Origin: Sphyrna mokarran
Taxonomy: Eukaryota
Direction of reading: 5' to 3'
Assembly (NCBI GenBank): GCA_024679065.1
Contig: JAGIQG010000032.1
Span: 13,888,001-13,952,000, forward strand
Length of the DNA: 64,000 nucleotides
The translations under genes were made by a program, and so were the position numbers. Of the stretch, positions 40,440-53,270 are shown piece by piece (position 1 is the first letter of the stretch; every line of letters starts with the position of its first letter). The notes under the pieces were generated by a model. It saw nothing but the letters and a program-made list of their open reading frames with translations. It did not search any database and was not told the origin of the DNA.

Positions 40440-40708
40440 TGACGGCTTACAGGGCCAGATTTGATTCCCGGCTTGGGTCACTGTCTGTACAGAGTCTGCA
40501 CATGTTCCCCAGGTCTGCTTGTATTTCCCTGGATGGTCTGGTTTCCCTCCCATGGTCCAAAAGCAATGCTGGTTACATGCACTAGCCATGCTAAATTCTC
40601 CCTCAGTGCACTGAAACAGGCGTCCTACAATGGCAACTAGGGGATTTTCACAGTAACTTCATTGTGGTGTTAATGTAAGCCTACTTGTGACACTAATAAA
40701 TAAACTAA
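40440..40708 (+). mobile_element. tRNA-derived SINE with type-B tail
   Basis: gatttgattcccggcttgggtcactgtctg ... ggggattttcacagtaacttcattgtggtgttaatgtaagcctacttgtgacactaataaataaac. Confidence 0.85.
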
Positions 40709-40724
40709 ATATTCATATTCAACC

Positions 40725-40902
40725 ATATTAAGTTGATATGCATTAAATCGATTTTTCTCTGTACCCTAGCTATGACTACAACACTACATTCTGCACTGTC
40801 TCATTTTCTTCTTTATGAACAGTATGCTTTAGCTGTATAGCACTCAAGAAACAATACTTTTCACTATATATTAATACATGTGATAATAATATATCAAATC
40901 AA
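40725..40902 (+). mobile_element. Rex1/Babar-like LINE 3' tail
   Basis: Matches the tails at 43980-44138 and 60170-60315 (ctgtatagcac..aagaaacaatacttttcact...gtgataataa..atcaaatcaaa). Confidence 0.7.
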
Positions 40903-42304
40903 ACTGGTTGCTCTTACAAGCTTACTGAAGTTTATCGTTTGGAAATCTGAATGCCAACAGCAACCAAAGGCTTTATTAATTTGTGGACAGTCAGCAAACT
41001 ATATAATGTACTGCAAGATGAGGTTTCTCCACCCTGGGCATATGATAAAGTATAAAATTGTTTTGACATCAAGTCTACTTTGATCCAATACGTCTCTTAA
41101 CACATGACTCTAATAGAGGTGGAGATTTAGAATAAACTAAGCTTGGACATAATATAGATTTTATCTTAGATTCATAAGACAGATTTTACACTGAACTATG
41201 ACTGTGACAAAACTTCAGTGTTATCTAAAACCTAAAATTTCTTTAATTCCATCACAAAAAGCAAAGAGTTGAAAATTAGATTCACTTTCATAAATCATCT
41301 CACACCTTAAATGATCCAATTATTCAAGAATTTAGTCGAATGGCCTACTTCTGTGATCATAATGACTCTAAGCCAAAGTCAGAGGATCAGAGTAAATGGA
41401 GTAGTGAAGATAGAGAAGAAGGTTCAGATGAGGCAAAATGAAATGTTGAATTTGATATATTGGAGGAAGAAAAAAACTGAACGAGAACAGGAATGCACGC
41501 AAGATCAGAAGAGGGCACTGGGGATTTGGACAGGTTAGAGATGGAGCTCTTAGATGATGATCAGAGAATTCAGGAGACTGATGAGCAAAGAGGTAAAGCC
41601 AAAATAGATAATGTTCTGGAGGTGAAAGTAAAAGGCCTTGGTTATGGACAAAGGTATGAAATTTGAAGTTCAATTCTGGAATTAAAAGCAATACGAAGAT
41701 TTTACACCTTCAGTTTTAGTCTGATTAAGTAGTCAGGAGGAAAATATACTCATAGCTTGGAGTTTTTGGCAGGAGACTATAGGTTAATTTTGATGTTCAC
41801 AATGTTCAAGTGGAGGGAACAATGGCTCATCTATGACTTGATCAAAGAAAGGTATCTTAACATGGATTTTTGGGAGCTGAATCAACCTGGAATTTTAATA
41901 CACACACAGAAATTTACTTCATCCCATGAGAAAATGAATCTGAAAGGAAACATATGACAGCAAAATAATGAGGGACAGGAATGAATTCTTGCAGGTCAGG
42001 AAAAGAAATAATTCTTAGAAGTCCATTTGCTATATTATGACTGATCAGCAAAGAACGATATGAGAGAAAAGTGTCGCAAAGACAGGTCATGGAGAAGATG
42101 TTTGGAAGTTATTGATACCATCACCAGGGTGCACTGAAACCGTCACTGTAATATGTTCATTAAAATCTTGGTACAATAACACGGAAAAATAAAGTTCTCT
42201 TCACTTCAAATGGAAATTCAAGATTGGTCTTGCATCATTATTGCAGGCCATGGGGCAAAAGCTCAATCAGAAAAGGAGGCGTAACAGAATTGAACAATGA
42301 CACA

Positions 42305-44660
42305 CAGAACTATAGAATATTACCTTCACTAAACCAACTTGTGAATTCCAGATGTCCACTATCCTCTGGTTGAAGATTATCCTCATGTCCCCTCTAATCC
42401 TTCCACCAATAACCTTACACCTGTGCTCCTTGATAATTGACCATCTGGTAAGGGAAACAAAGCATTCCTGCCTACTTTATCTAGACCCCTTCTAATCTTG
42501 TAAGTCTCAATTAAGTCTCCTCTCAGTCTACCTTGCTCTAATCAAAGTAACTCCAGCCTATTGAATCTTCCTTCATAGCTGAAATTCTCCAGCCCTGGCA
42601 ACATTTTTGTAAATTGCCTTTCCATAACAATTACGTCCTTCCTCTAATGTGGTGACCAGAATTACATACAAAATTCTAGCCATAGCCTAATCAGCTTTTA
42701 TACAGTTTGAGCACTGAAAATTACATCTGTTTTTGTATTCTATACCTCATTCAATAAAGGAAAGCATTCCATTTGCTTTTGTTATCACTATTCACCTGCT
42801 CAGCCATCTTCAGAGACTTGTGAACAATGACCCCTAAGTCTCTCACTTCTCATCCCCTCCCAGTATCCTCCTGTGTATTTCCCTGCTTTGTTTGTCCTCC
42901 CCAAGTACATTATCTCTCACTTTTGCAGATTGAATTTCTTCGCCATTTTTACACCAATTCAGTCAAACCACTGATAATTCTGGAGTTGGCAGCTATCCTT
43001 TTCACAACTACATGGGGTAAACTTTTGTGTCACCTGTAATTATGCCTTCCACATTTAAGACTACATCCCCAAAATATACAAAAACAGCAATGGTCAAACA
43101 CTGAGCCCTGTAGAATCTCACTGGAAATCACTTTCCATTTGCTAAAACCTCTACTGACCGTTATCTTTATTTCCTGTCAACGAGCTGGTTTTAAATCCAA
43201 CTCACCACTTTCCCCTGTATCCCATAGGCTTTTACTTTTCTGACCAGTCTATCGTTTAAGACCTTGTCAAATACTTTACTGAAATTCATGTAGACATCAT
43301 CCATAGCAATATCCTCATCAACCCTCCTTGTTACTAATTTACTTACATTTTTTGAGGAAATAAGACGTGAACTTCCCTGACAAATGATGTTGACTATCCC
43401 CAATTAATCAGTTCCTTTCCTGTAATAAATATTATGTCTAATATTTCATAACCCTCCTCTTTAAGAAACATAGTGAAAGACATGCTCTTGTGATTAAGTG
43501 GAAATGGTCAAGATGTTCAGGTTTTGAGATGTTTGGATCACCAATAATCTGTCCTGGTCCCTCAACACTGACCTATAGTTAAGAAAGTCCACCAACATCT
43601 CTAATTTCTCAGGAGGCTAAGGAAATTCGGCATGTCCATTCTGACTCCCATCACTTTTTGTAGATGCACCATAGAAAACAACCTTTTGGATGTATCACAG
43701 CTTGGTTTGGTTCCTGCTCTGACCAAGGCTGCAAGAAACTATGAAAGGTCATGAATGAAGCCCAATCCATGATGCAAACCAGCTCCTATCCATTGACTCT
43801 GCCTATACTTTCCGCTACCTCAGAAAAGCAGCCAGCATAATCAAAGGTCTCAGCACCCTGGACATTCTCTCTTCAACTTCTTCTGACAGGAAAAAGATAC
43901 AAGTCTGCAAACATGTACTAATTGACTCAAGAACAGCTTCTTCTCTGCTGCCATCAGACTTTTGAATGGATTTATCTTACATTAAATTGAACCTTCTCTT
44001 CACCCTGTCTGTAATTGAAATACTATATTCTGTACCCTCTCCTTTCCTTCTCCCCTAATGTACTCTATAAACAGTATGTTTTGCCTGTACAGTGTACCCA
44101 CTGTATCCCAAGGCATGTGACAATAATAAAATCAAACCAGAAATTTAATTAGAATGTATGTATCATTCCTTTCCACTGTGAAGACAAAGTACTCATTAAG
44201 AACCTCCCTACATGTTTTGCACAAATAATACTGTACACCACTGATAGTACCTGCCCTTTCCTTGGTTATCCTCCTGCTCTTAGCATACTAATAAAACATC
44301 TTGGGTTTTCCTCAATTATACATGCCAACATTTTAATATCCTGTATTTGCTTTCCTAATTTCCTTTATTTTTACTTCATTCCTGTATTTTCTATACTCCT
44401 CTAGGCTTTCTTCAGTATTAGATTTTTTTTTATGGCTGTCATAAACTTTTATTTTTCTGCATTATTTTACCTTGTACACTTCTGGATAACCCAGGGGCTC
44501 TTGATTTGGCAATAACACCATTTTTCTTTGGTAGGGGTCAAGTCTACCAGCGCCTCTAAAATCTTGTTCTTGAATGCCTCCTGTTGATCTCTCACTATAA
44601 CCAGTCCATTTCACCAGATCACCTCGCAACTTTATAAATTTGTTTCTTATCAATTTAGAA
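42305..44660 (-). mobile_element. CR1-clade LINE fragments interrupted by a Rex1 insertion
   Basis: ORF 43191-43403 (DDVYMNFSKVFDKVLNDRLVRKVKAYGIQGKVVSWI). Confidence 0.85.
43530..44138 (+). mobile_element. Rex1/Babar-clade LINE 3' end
   Basis: ctcaggaggctaaggaaattcggcatgtcc = LRRLRKFGMS; tgtagatgcaccatagaa = CRCTIE; tgtatcacagcttggtttgg = CITAWF(G); ctcaagaacagcttcttc = LKNSFF. Confidence 0.85.
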
Positions 44661-47659
44661 ATGTTTCCGTTATGCTGGATAAATTAGTATGCTCTGCACA
44701 CTAAGTTTCTGTTGACTGTGAGAGAAACTAGACTATATATGATGCTATACAATTCTGCAGGCTCTGGACTCCATGTTATGAAATCATAATTTATCTATTC
44801 CAAAAGCAAAGGAAATCATCATTCCATTTAAACATGTTAATTCTGGTGCAGCTCATTTTATGGCCAACTTAACAAAAGCCATAAAAAATAATCAATATTT
44901 TGGGGCGCCTAATAGTTATTTATTACAGTATTCACTCAGTTTGTTGCATCCATTTAATCCAGAATTTTAAGATGAGAGTAAAATTCCTGAAGAAGAATGG
45001 ACAAGTTGAAACTCAGGGGAATCTCATTACTTTTCAGCAATAAATTGGAAAAGTTTTGCATTTTTAATTCTCATGTTGATCAGACGATCGATTAATCATC
45101 GTCAGTGCAACTGAAAGACTGCAGACGAGAATAGACTAATATCTGCTTCAGCATCTAAAACAGCTAATCAATTGATAAAGTAGAACGTCTCAATGAATAG
45201 GTGAACAGAAAAGAACTCTGGTTCCAGTCATTTGCCAGGAGAGAATTACAAGAAAATCAAGGCAGCCAACTATTTACACCCAACATCTGCATTTCCCACT
45301 GATCATTTGCCCTATAAAATAATTCAACACAGAAACATAACACCAAAACTGCTGAAGCTGCATTAAAAACATTGTAATACATTTTTTTTCAAAAAACTTA
45401 AACTGTTCTACTAAAATAAATATAAATAATGACGGCCATTTCTAATTCATGCAATGCTATTTTCTATCTACAGAAAGCATTCCCAAATCAGCAAATGACT
45501 ACACTAACATAGAAAGAACTAATTGAAGAGAAAGGCAGTTGCTAATAAGTTCAATAGGTCTGTCCGAAAGTAAGTGGGTGAGGGACCGCATGCTTCTGTG
45601 TTTGAACAGCAGTTCTACTCAACACTACGCCTCTAACGTGTCTACATTCCTCAGCAATGCAAATGTGTCTAATACAATCAAGAGAGTGAAACAAGAGCAT
45701 GCACATCTTACCTTGATGAACTAATAATTTGATATTTTAAGAGGAAATGAATGGGAGAAAGAGCTGGTATTAGATCAAGTTATTTTTGATGGCAGATTCC
45801 ATTAGTAAAATGTTAGCATGTAGCTTTTCTCAGAAAAAAAACTTGTAATCTTTAGCTTTCCAGCCAGTAAGCACCAGATAGCTTTTGACAAAGTTGCTGC
45901 CGCCACCAAAGCTGTGCAAAGCAGCTAATGAGAAAAGTACTTCAGATGTTTTGTCTTCCCCTCAGCAGGCTGGGATGAATGATATCAGGGTTGTGTGTTG
46001 CAAGGAAACAAAAAAGTCAAATGAAATAGCACCAATGACATTTGTGCACTCTCCTCTTCCCAAACATCTGTAACCAATGTGATTCAGAAGAAAATCAGTC
46101 CAAAAGCCACCTCAGTTGAGCACAATAAACCCAGTGCACTCTGTTTCCAAAATGGTAACACTTTAAGACTTTAAAAAGTAAACTATTGTTTCCTTTTCCC
46201 TTGTTCTATCCAATCAACCAATAAAGGACTGAAACATTTCATCTACAATTTGGTGTAAATGTTCACTAAATCCCATTGGTTCCCATTCCAGGCTTGTAAC
46301 TATGGATCGTCTGCCATCAATTTCATTTTGAAGTTGGGTGGGTGGCTTATAATCAAAAAAACTTGCAAAAATTTTAATTATGTCAAACTCTTAGGTGTTT
46401 TGTTGTAGTACTATTGGGTATGTTCAATTTCACTGGAAGGTCAGTGACAAGATTAAGAGCTGGATGGTTGATGCTCAAAGATTCCATCGTCTTCCTCATC
46501 TCACTGAACTGCTGAAGCATGAGACAATACTCATAAAAAAACATGATGCTCGATGTTGTAGGTAGAATTAAAAAAAGGTTGAAAATTAAACTTAAACAGT
46601 CAGTGAGTTCTGTTTCTTACAGCAGTATTTTCTATAAGAGTTTAGAACCAATGGTGGCAACTTGTCAAATGCCAGCTGAGCATTTTAAGGTTGCCAGTTA
46701 CATTGCACCATCTAATTTGTGGTTTTATTTGATCATCATCAGAATGTGCTGAGAAAGCTGTCAAATTTTCTTTTATCTGCATATTTTATGGTAGAAAAAA
46801 GTTCTTGGACAGCAGGGTCTGGTAATGGTTGCCATTTACATCCCCTGGATAGATCTTTTGTTTATTTACTGTCCATTAACACCCTCCTTTTGCCTTGCAC
46901 CATCATCCATTTTATCATTCAAATACTTCTGGTCTCTGCCCTAACAGAGATCTCGTCCTTCCTTCTTTCAATCCCACCAACCTTTTGCCTTTTGTTTCCT
47001 GACTCAGGTGCTGCTTATAAACAGTTGTATAATTTCTTTCAGTTCTGTTGAAAGATCATCAGTCCAAAATACTACCTTTGTATCTCACTCCACAGTTGCT
47101 GCCCGAGCTTTTGAATGCTTCCAGTATTTTGTCAAGTAATTGGCAGCCCTGTAAAGACATAGTTGTGCCTGCTCTTTGAAAAAAAATTAATTAGTCCTAC
47201 TCTCCTGCTCTTTATCTATAGCCTTGCAAAATTTTCCTTTTCAGATATATATCCAACTTTTTTGAAAGTTACTATTGAATCTGCTTTCACCACCAGTTCA
47301 GGCAGTGCATTCCAGATCATAGCAGATGATTGTGTAAAATAAGGCATTTTACATCGGCTTCTTTTGTCAATTATCTTAAATCAGTGCCCTCTAGTTACCA
47401 AACGTACAGCAATTTTCAAAAAAAAAATTCCATTTGCAATGCTGTCAGCATAAGAAGGATATACTTCTTATAAATAGAAGTGATCCTCCTATTGACAAAT
47501 TATGAGAGAAAGCAGCTTATTTCTTTTAGACTGCAATCCAATGTAAAATAAATGCATCCTGGAGAAAGACTGCCATCGACTAACTGTTAAGAAAAAGGCA
47601 AGGAGAACACATTAAAATGCTCCCAAAAGTTATGGATTTCATACTTTTAAATCAAATTT

Positions 47660-47678
47660 AAAAAAAAAAAAAAAAAAA
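47660..47678 (+). repeat. A19 homopolymer (U19 in the KCNMA1 pre-mRNA)
   Basis: Direct reading. Confidence 0.9.
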
Positions 47679-47851
47679 TCGCAAAATGTAGAATAGCAGA
47701 TAAATAGTTTATATGCTGGAAATATTTATTAACATGTGTATTAGTTCACAAGTTATTCCGAAAGTGTATACAAAACTATAAATAGAAATGATTAGCATTT
47801 TTGCCTATACTCCATTGGAAAAGCCAAGTTAAAAGATAATGTGGTACTTAC

Positions 47852-47913
47852 TCTGAAGAATCTATGAAGTATATTACAAGTGCACCAATGCTGAGAGCAA
47901 AGACCAAGACCAC
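47852..47913 (-). CDS. KCNMA1: KCNMA1 (Slo1/BK channel alpha subunit) internal exon encoding transmembrane segment S1 (human exon 3 equivalent), 62 bp, phase 0 in / phase 2 out
   Basis: Minus strand reads ...tttcttctgtctttttcag|GTG GTC TTG GTC TTT GCT CTC AGC ATT GGT GCA CTT GTA ATA TAC TTC ATA GAT TCT TCA GA|gtaagta = [20 protein letters not shown]+GA. This matches the vertebrate Slo1 S1 sequence as I recall it. It has a canonical AG acceptor with polypyrimidine tract and a consensus GTAAGT donor, and is too short for the ORF track. Confidence 0.97.
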
Positions 47914-47965
47914 CTGAAAAAGACAGAAGAAACAGCTTTTGAATAGAAGATCAAAGAGAAGTGAA
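47914..47965 (-). promoter_or_regulatory. 3' splice site / polypyrimidine tract of the KCNMA1 S1 exon
   Basis: Minus strand ttcacttctctttgatcttctattcaaaagctgtttcttctgtctttttcag directly precedes the exon. Confidence 0.9.
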
Positions 47966-48299
47966 TTATAAATACAATCAACACATTCGTATTAATGTGG
48001 ACTTCTAATCAACTTTTACACAAAGAAGGTGCCAAATTAAACGTGCCAGTGTTTTGCTGAGACAGGTTGTTGTGTCGCTTTGTTATAAGTAATACTTTTT
48101 TATCCTTATGTTTCATTTATAAATAAACCCTTCAAGTTCTGGGCTCTGAATTCAATGTTTCAGTAACAGTCGAAAAAAATTATGCAACAACTAACTTGTG
48201 GTCAGACATTTAGGTTAATCATTTGATGAGCCTGTCAAATTTGATCTAAAATTAATTGTATAGCCATAATGAAACCTTTTGAAAGATTTGAGGCTGGAT

Positions 48300-48690
48300 C
48301 TCAACTTTTTACTATATGTGTAGAAATGTTTTGATGAAATGACTAAAGGTACAGTTGCTAAATTTGCATAAAGATAGGTAAGAAAGTAAATTGTGAGGAT
48401 GCCATAAGGAGATGCAGAAAGGTGAGTGAGTGGGCAAAACTCTAGTAAATGGAGTATTATGTGGGGTCATTGTCTGTGTAGAGTTTTCTCATTCTCCTGT
48501 ATCTGGTTGGGTTTCCTCTGGATGTTCTGATTTCTTCCCACAGACCAAAGATGTGTGGATTAGCCATACTAATTGATCCTCATATCAGGAGATTAGCAGG
48601 GTAAATATATGTTTACCGGAATAGGGCTTGGATGGAATTATGATCGGTGCAGACTCAATGGGCCAAATGGTCTCCTTCTGCACTGTTTCT
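48300..48690 (+). mobile_element. CR1 RT fragment joined to a 5'-truncated HE1-like SINE
   Basis: gttgctaaatttgca (VAKFA) and gagtgggcaaaa (EWAK), then SINE body gggtcattgtctgtgtagag... with tail gggccaaatggtctccttctgcactg. Confidence 0.7.
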
Positions 48691-49943
48691 ATCGTTTTAA
48701 AGGGAACTAAGCCCAAAATTTCTAGCCTCCTCACCACGATTCTGTGATTCATTCAAGTCCCTTGACCAGGCCGAGGGGACATGTGGAGCCTGAAGGGTCA
48801 GTCCTTCGTGAATATCCTTTCCACCTTGCAAAATCATCACAACTGATGATTAAAGTGACTCTGGGTTTCACAGCTTTATGTTGTGAGATGAGATTTGCTG
48901 AATGTGACATTTCATGGGTGAAAAACTTGGCAAGGTCGCATGATCCAGGTCTCTAACGTGCAGGCTGCATGCAGGCTATGTAACTCAGGATGTGAAGGTA
49001 ACAAAGAACGTAGGTCCAAAATTCTAAGCCTGAAGTGAGTGTCAACATCAGAACATTTTTTTTCCCCCATTGTGCTCTGCAGCACCATGAGTAACCCTAG
49101 GCTAAAAATGTGGGATGCAAGCAGTAGATTGTCCCTTACACATTTAGATCAATAGCCACTCAGCCCCAAGGAAAAGCAAACATGCCATGTATAGCTGGCA
49201 TCAAATAAAAATATCAGCTGTTGTAACATCACATCAAACACCTGAAGTACAATTACAATTAAAAACAAAATAATACATCAGCTATGTCACAGTCACTTAA
49301 TTTCAGCTGTTGACACCAGGAGCCTGTGAAAAATTGTGTATATGTTTTAGTTGCTTGAAAGAAATTGTGATCAGCATGAAGGGAAATGAAACTTTCAATA
49401 GACATATTCTGCATCGCTTTTGCGGAAGGGGTCTGAATCCAAGGGAATCGAGCTGGATTTTCATAACTTAAAACTAATCCAAAATTCAGGCACTAAATTG
49501 AGACCAGAGCTTATGGTTATTTAGAGCAGTCTACATCATTCAAAAATCTCATTTGTCTTCATAAAGACCAGGAAACGATATCCAGCCTCAATGACCCTTC
49601 TCCCACTCTTTCACCATCACCAACAATAGTAAAAGAATAATTCCTTGACCAAACCAATTAGTATTTAAATCTGTCCATTATCTATTACCGCACTTTGAAT
49701 TTGTATTTATATCTTTCCCCCAGCTAGAAGATGGCTGGTTGTCTGCCAAACAGCCTTCAGCAATGATGGTCTTGAGCTAGTCACTGTGGCAACATAGGTG
49801 AGAGCACAAAGAGAAACAGACTATCAACCTGCAGGTAAATTAATACAATCAATCCCCATAATATATTCTGAGGCTTCGTTTTTCCAACTGATATAAGTTT
49901 AGAATTATGATTGCAGTCACTCATTTTGCCTATACATAGATGC

Positions 49944-49999
49944 ATACAGACACATATATAAGTGCACGTGTATATACACATACACACACACAAACACAC
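49944..49999. repeat. Imperfect (CA)n/(TA)n microsatellite
   Basis: catacagacacatatata...tatatacacatacacacacacaaacacaca. Confidence 0.8.
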
Positions 50000-51107
50000 A
50001 AATTATTCTGTGTTCAATTGAAATCTTTAGTTTTTCTGCCTGGTACATACTGTTGTCATTCTTCGAAAGGATGACTGACACATTAAAAAAATAGTTATAG
50101 GTGATCTGTAAGGTATAACATTCAGCGGAACTAGTAATTTTTGCTCTCTTCGTACTCTTAGTGAAGGAAGCAAAACAGGCACATTACTTCATTCAAACTG
50201 TAGCATGTAGCCACAACATTGTTCAAAAACCTGAGATTTTCATTTGTGCAAAACATTGATATTTCTTAGATATATAGGAGGAAGTTCTCCTGTTCTGCCC
50301 GCCACAGGAATTGTAGCGGGCAGAGAGTGGACCGTGCAAAGGTTCATTGACCTCTGACAGGATTTTTCGGTTTTGGGGTGAGTGCGGATGCACACCCGCG
50401 TACACACACCTCTCTTCTTCTGAGGCAGTCCCCCAGGATTGACGATGACTTGCTTCCATTGTGATTTGATATGTTCTAAAATGGTCAAATGTGAGGTCTG
50501 CAGTCTCTGCAACATGAAGGGCATGCCGAGCCTGAAGGGTCAGGTATTTTATATATACATATGCATTTATAAAATACTGTAAAAAATATTTTATACATGT
50601 GTCTGTAAATTCTGACAGAACACATACAGGTGTAACCAAAGAAAAAGTTTCAAAATGATTCAAGTTTTCTGGACAGCACTACAGGAACTGCATGGAATTT
50701 TGTCTGAAAAAATAAGAACTCCATCCAAGTGTAAGATTACTTTACTGGCCAACCACATGCTCAGATTGCCAGTTATTGGCACGGTTTTCTATAAGGTTTG
50801 AGTACAACCTTGACAATGAGTAATAAAGGGGCCATCAACATTACCACTCCCCTTGAATACAAATAACTAGTATATTCTGAAAGCCTAATTGACTTATTTT
50901 AGAGAGAAAAATATGCTTAAATTTAACATTCGTATTAGGACGGCCAAATATAAACTGAAATATAAAATATATTAACAGTCCAGGTCACCATGGTCATGGG
51001 CTTGCATTAAATTGTGGTGTTTCCACACAAACTGCTTTAGGTAAATATTTAAATTATGCAATCATTACACACATAATGACAACAAACATCAAATGTTCTA
51101 TAAACAT

Positions 51108-51199
51108 GGACAGGGATCACGGGTAGAGGTGGAACATCGGGGTGGCGGCACGGACTCGTTGGGCCGAAGGGCCCGTTTCCCATGCTGTTTTGTTCTTTG
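51108..51199 (+). mobile_element. Young, severely 5'-truncated CR1-type 3' tail with a 6-bp TSD
   Basis: ggcacggactcgttgggccgaagggcccgtttcc tail with 7 intact CpGs; aaacat at 51102-51107 and 51200-51205. Confidence 0.75.
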
Positions 51200-51438
51200 A
51201 AACATAAGCTAGAATGTTCTCTGAAAGAAATAATGAAATATCAATCTATTGCAACATGTGGAAATCTCAAATTTTTGAACAATATTGGGGTTGCAAATTA
51301 TACTTTCAGTAAAATTATATTCTGCCTCAGCCCCATTTTCAATAAGTAAGGAAAATTTACCAGTTCAGCTGAATGTTGTACCTTACAAATCCCCTATTAC
51401 TATTTTTTAATGTGTCAGTTACCCATTCTTTAGAAGAA

Positions 51439-52241
51439 TGATAATATGTACCCAATGTGACATTAGTGTACCTTTAAGAGATTTCTTTTAATCATACTCT
51501 CTGTAACTCTCACATTTCAGCTCTCATTGTTGCCAGATTGTCTGTATAAGAGTACTTTCATTGCTCCTTCAGTGCTTAAATGTGGCTATTTATTTTAACC
51601 TTGGGATCTTTTATGACATTGCATTGTTAAGAGGAAGACTGTTTAGCAGGACAGCTTTCTGTTCTTCCTAATGAATTTAAGGTTTCAATTTCTGTTTGGC
51701 TGGCAGCAGTTTGAGTTTTAGAAGGGACATCAAGCTGAAAAGAAGTTTTTCTCTCTTGCCCTGGTTTTAGAAATTCTGCTAGTTAGCTGAAAGAAAGGCT
51801 TCTTTGTCTTCCTGCAGCAGAAAATCCGTTGCTGGTGGCTTGACCAGAGTCTCTCCCTGGTGTTCTGCAAGTTGTTCTGATTTCAGAGTGTTCTGAGTTT
51901 ATCATTCATATTAAGGCATTAGTCTTTGTTATGTTACATCTGTGGAAAGGTTTTGTCTATGGGAAGTTTTGTTTGATTGGAACGTTTTAGATATATTTGT
52001 TAGGAGTTATACATTATCATGGTTGTTTTGTGTGTAATTGATAAAAGTTATTACTAAGCTTCTTTCTACATACGTTAACTATATGCTTAAATAAACTTTG
52101 ATAAAAGCTCCTTAGTAGATTATTTCAATCATACCTGAGGTTTAACATATCATGCTTACCCTAACCAAATTCAAAGTGCAAAACATATGATCGAGGCTGG
52201 CTCCATAAAACACTTGGGTGTTCCTGATCTGAATTATAATA
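51439..52241 (+). mobile_element. Probable solo LTR (~0.8 kb)
   Basis: Starts tgataata, has AATAAA at ~52089 and ends attataata; no clear TSD. Confidence 0.45.
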
Positions 52242-52961
52242 CCAGCAGAAAAATACAGGTTCTAACTAATCTCAGAATAAAAAGTCAAGCACACAAGTGG
52301 AACCATAAATAGATAATAGCATGAGGCAAATGTCGAAGGACACAAAGGCATTGAATATGAAAGTACACAAGTAATACGCTGTAATTTGCGGAAATAAACT
52401 TCAGTATCTAGAGGCTGCTATTTAATGCTCACTAGTACAATTGCAAAACATTCTTCTGTGTAAAAGACAGAACAACAATTTAAGTATCACTATTTACACG
52501 AAGAGACAGTCTCAATACTTTACAATCCAAAAACACCAATGAAGAGATGTGTGTTGTAGAAAATAACCTTCATGCACAGGTAAAGATAAAACTGCAAAAA
52601 CTAAAGCACTCAAGAAATTGCCTGCTCTCTGAACCCTGCTATCCGTTCAAAGGGTGATTTTTGTTAGCAGTCTGTAAAGTAATTTGACATGGCTAAATCT
52701 GCCTGGAAACATCCCAATAAAGTGAAACTAGTTGTCACTCTCATCAAACACTTGGGGACATTTTGCAAATTGGGCCTTACATGCATTAAAAGTTTAAGTA
52801 TCAGCAATGCAGCAGTTAACAATCTGAAGCTATTTACGCAATGAAGTAACTGCTGTACTGTGTGATTTACCAGCAATATAATCACTTTAGGTAATTTCAA
52901 AAAGAGTAATTGAATGATTGCAATCAGATTAGTAAATCCTATGGTTTCAATGTGGACACAA

Positions 52962-53270
52962 AATAGAATCCTAGAATCACCACAGCACAGAAAGAGACCA
53001 TTCGGCCCATCAAGTCTGCACTAAACAATCCTGCCCAGGTCCTGACCTGGTTAACCCGCTAATCCCCTTAGCACTAGAAGGGCAATTTAGTATGGCTTAA
53101 CCCCAGACATCTTTAGAGTGTGGGAGGAAACCACAGCAACCAGAGGAAACCCATGCAGGCACAGGGAGAACATGCAAACACCACATAGACAGTCACCCAA
53201 AGTCAGAATGGAACCCATGCTCCTGGTGCTGTGAAGCAGCAGTACTAATCACTATGCCACCATGCCATCC
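52962..53270 (-). mobile_element. HE1-like SINE, full length
   Basis: Same structure as 26711-27039. Confidence 0.9.

Noticed and set aside
1-47851. Next KCNMA1 exon ([24 protein letters not shown]...)
   Set aside because: Not found by eye on the minus strand. The near match at ~15873 (gacatggcttc) does not extend. It probably lies left of the window.
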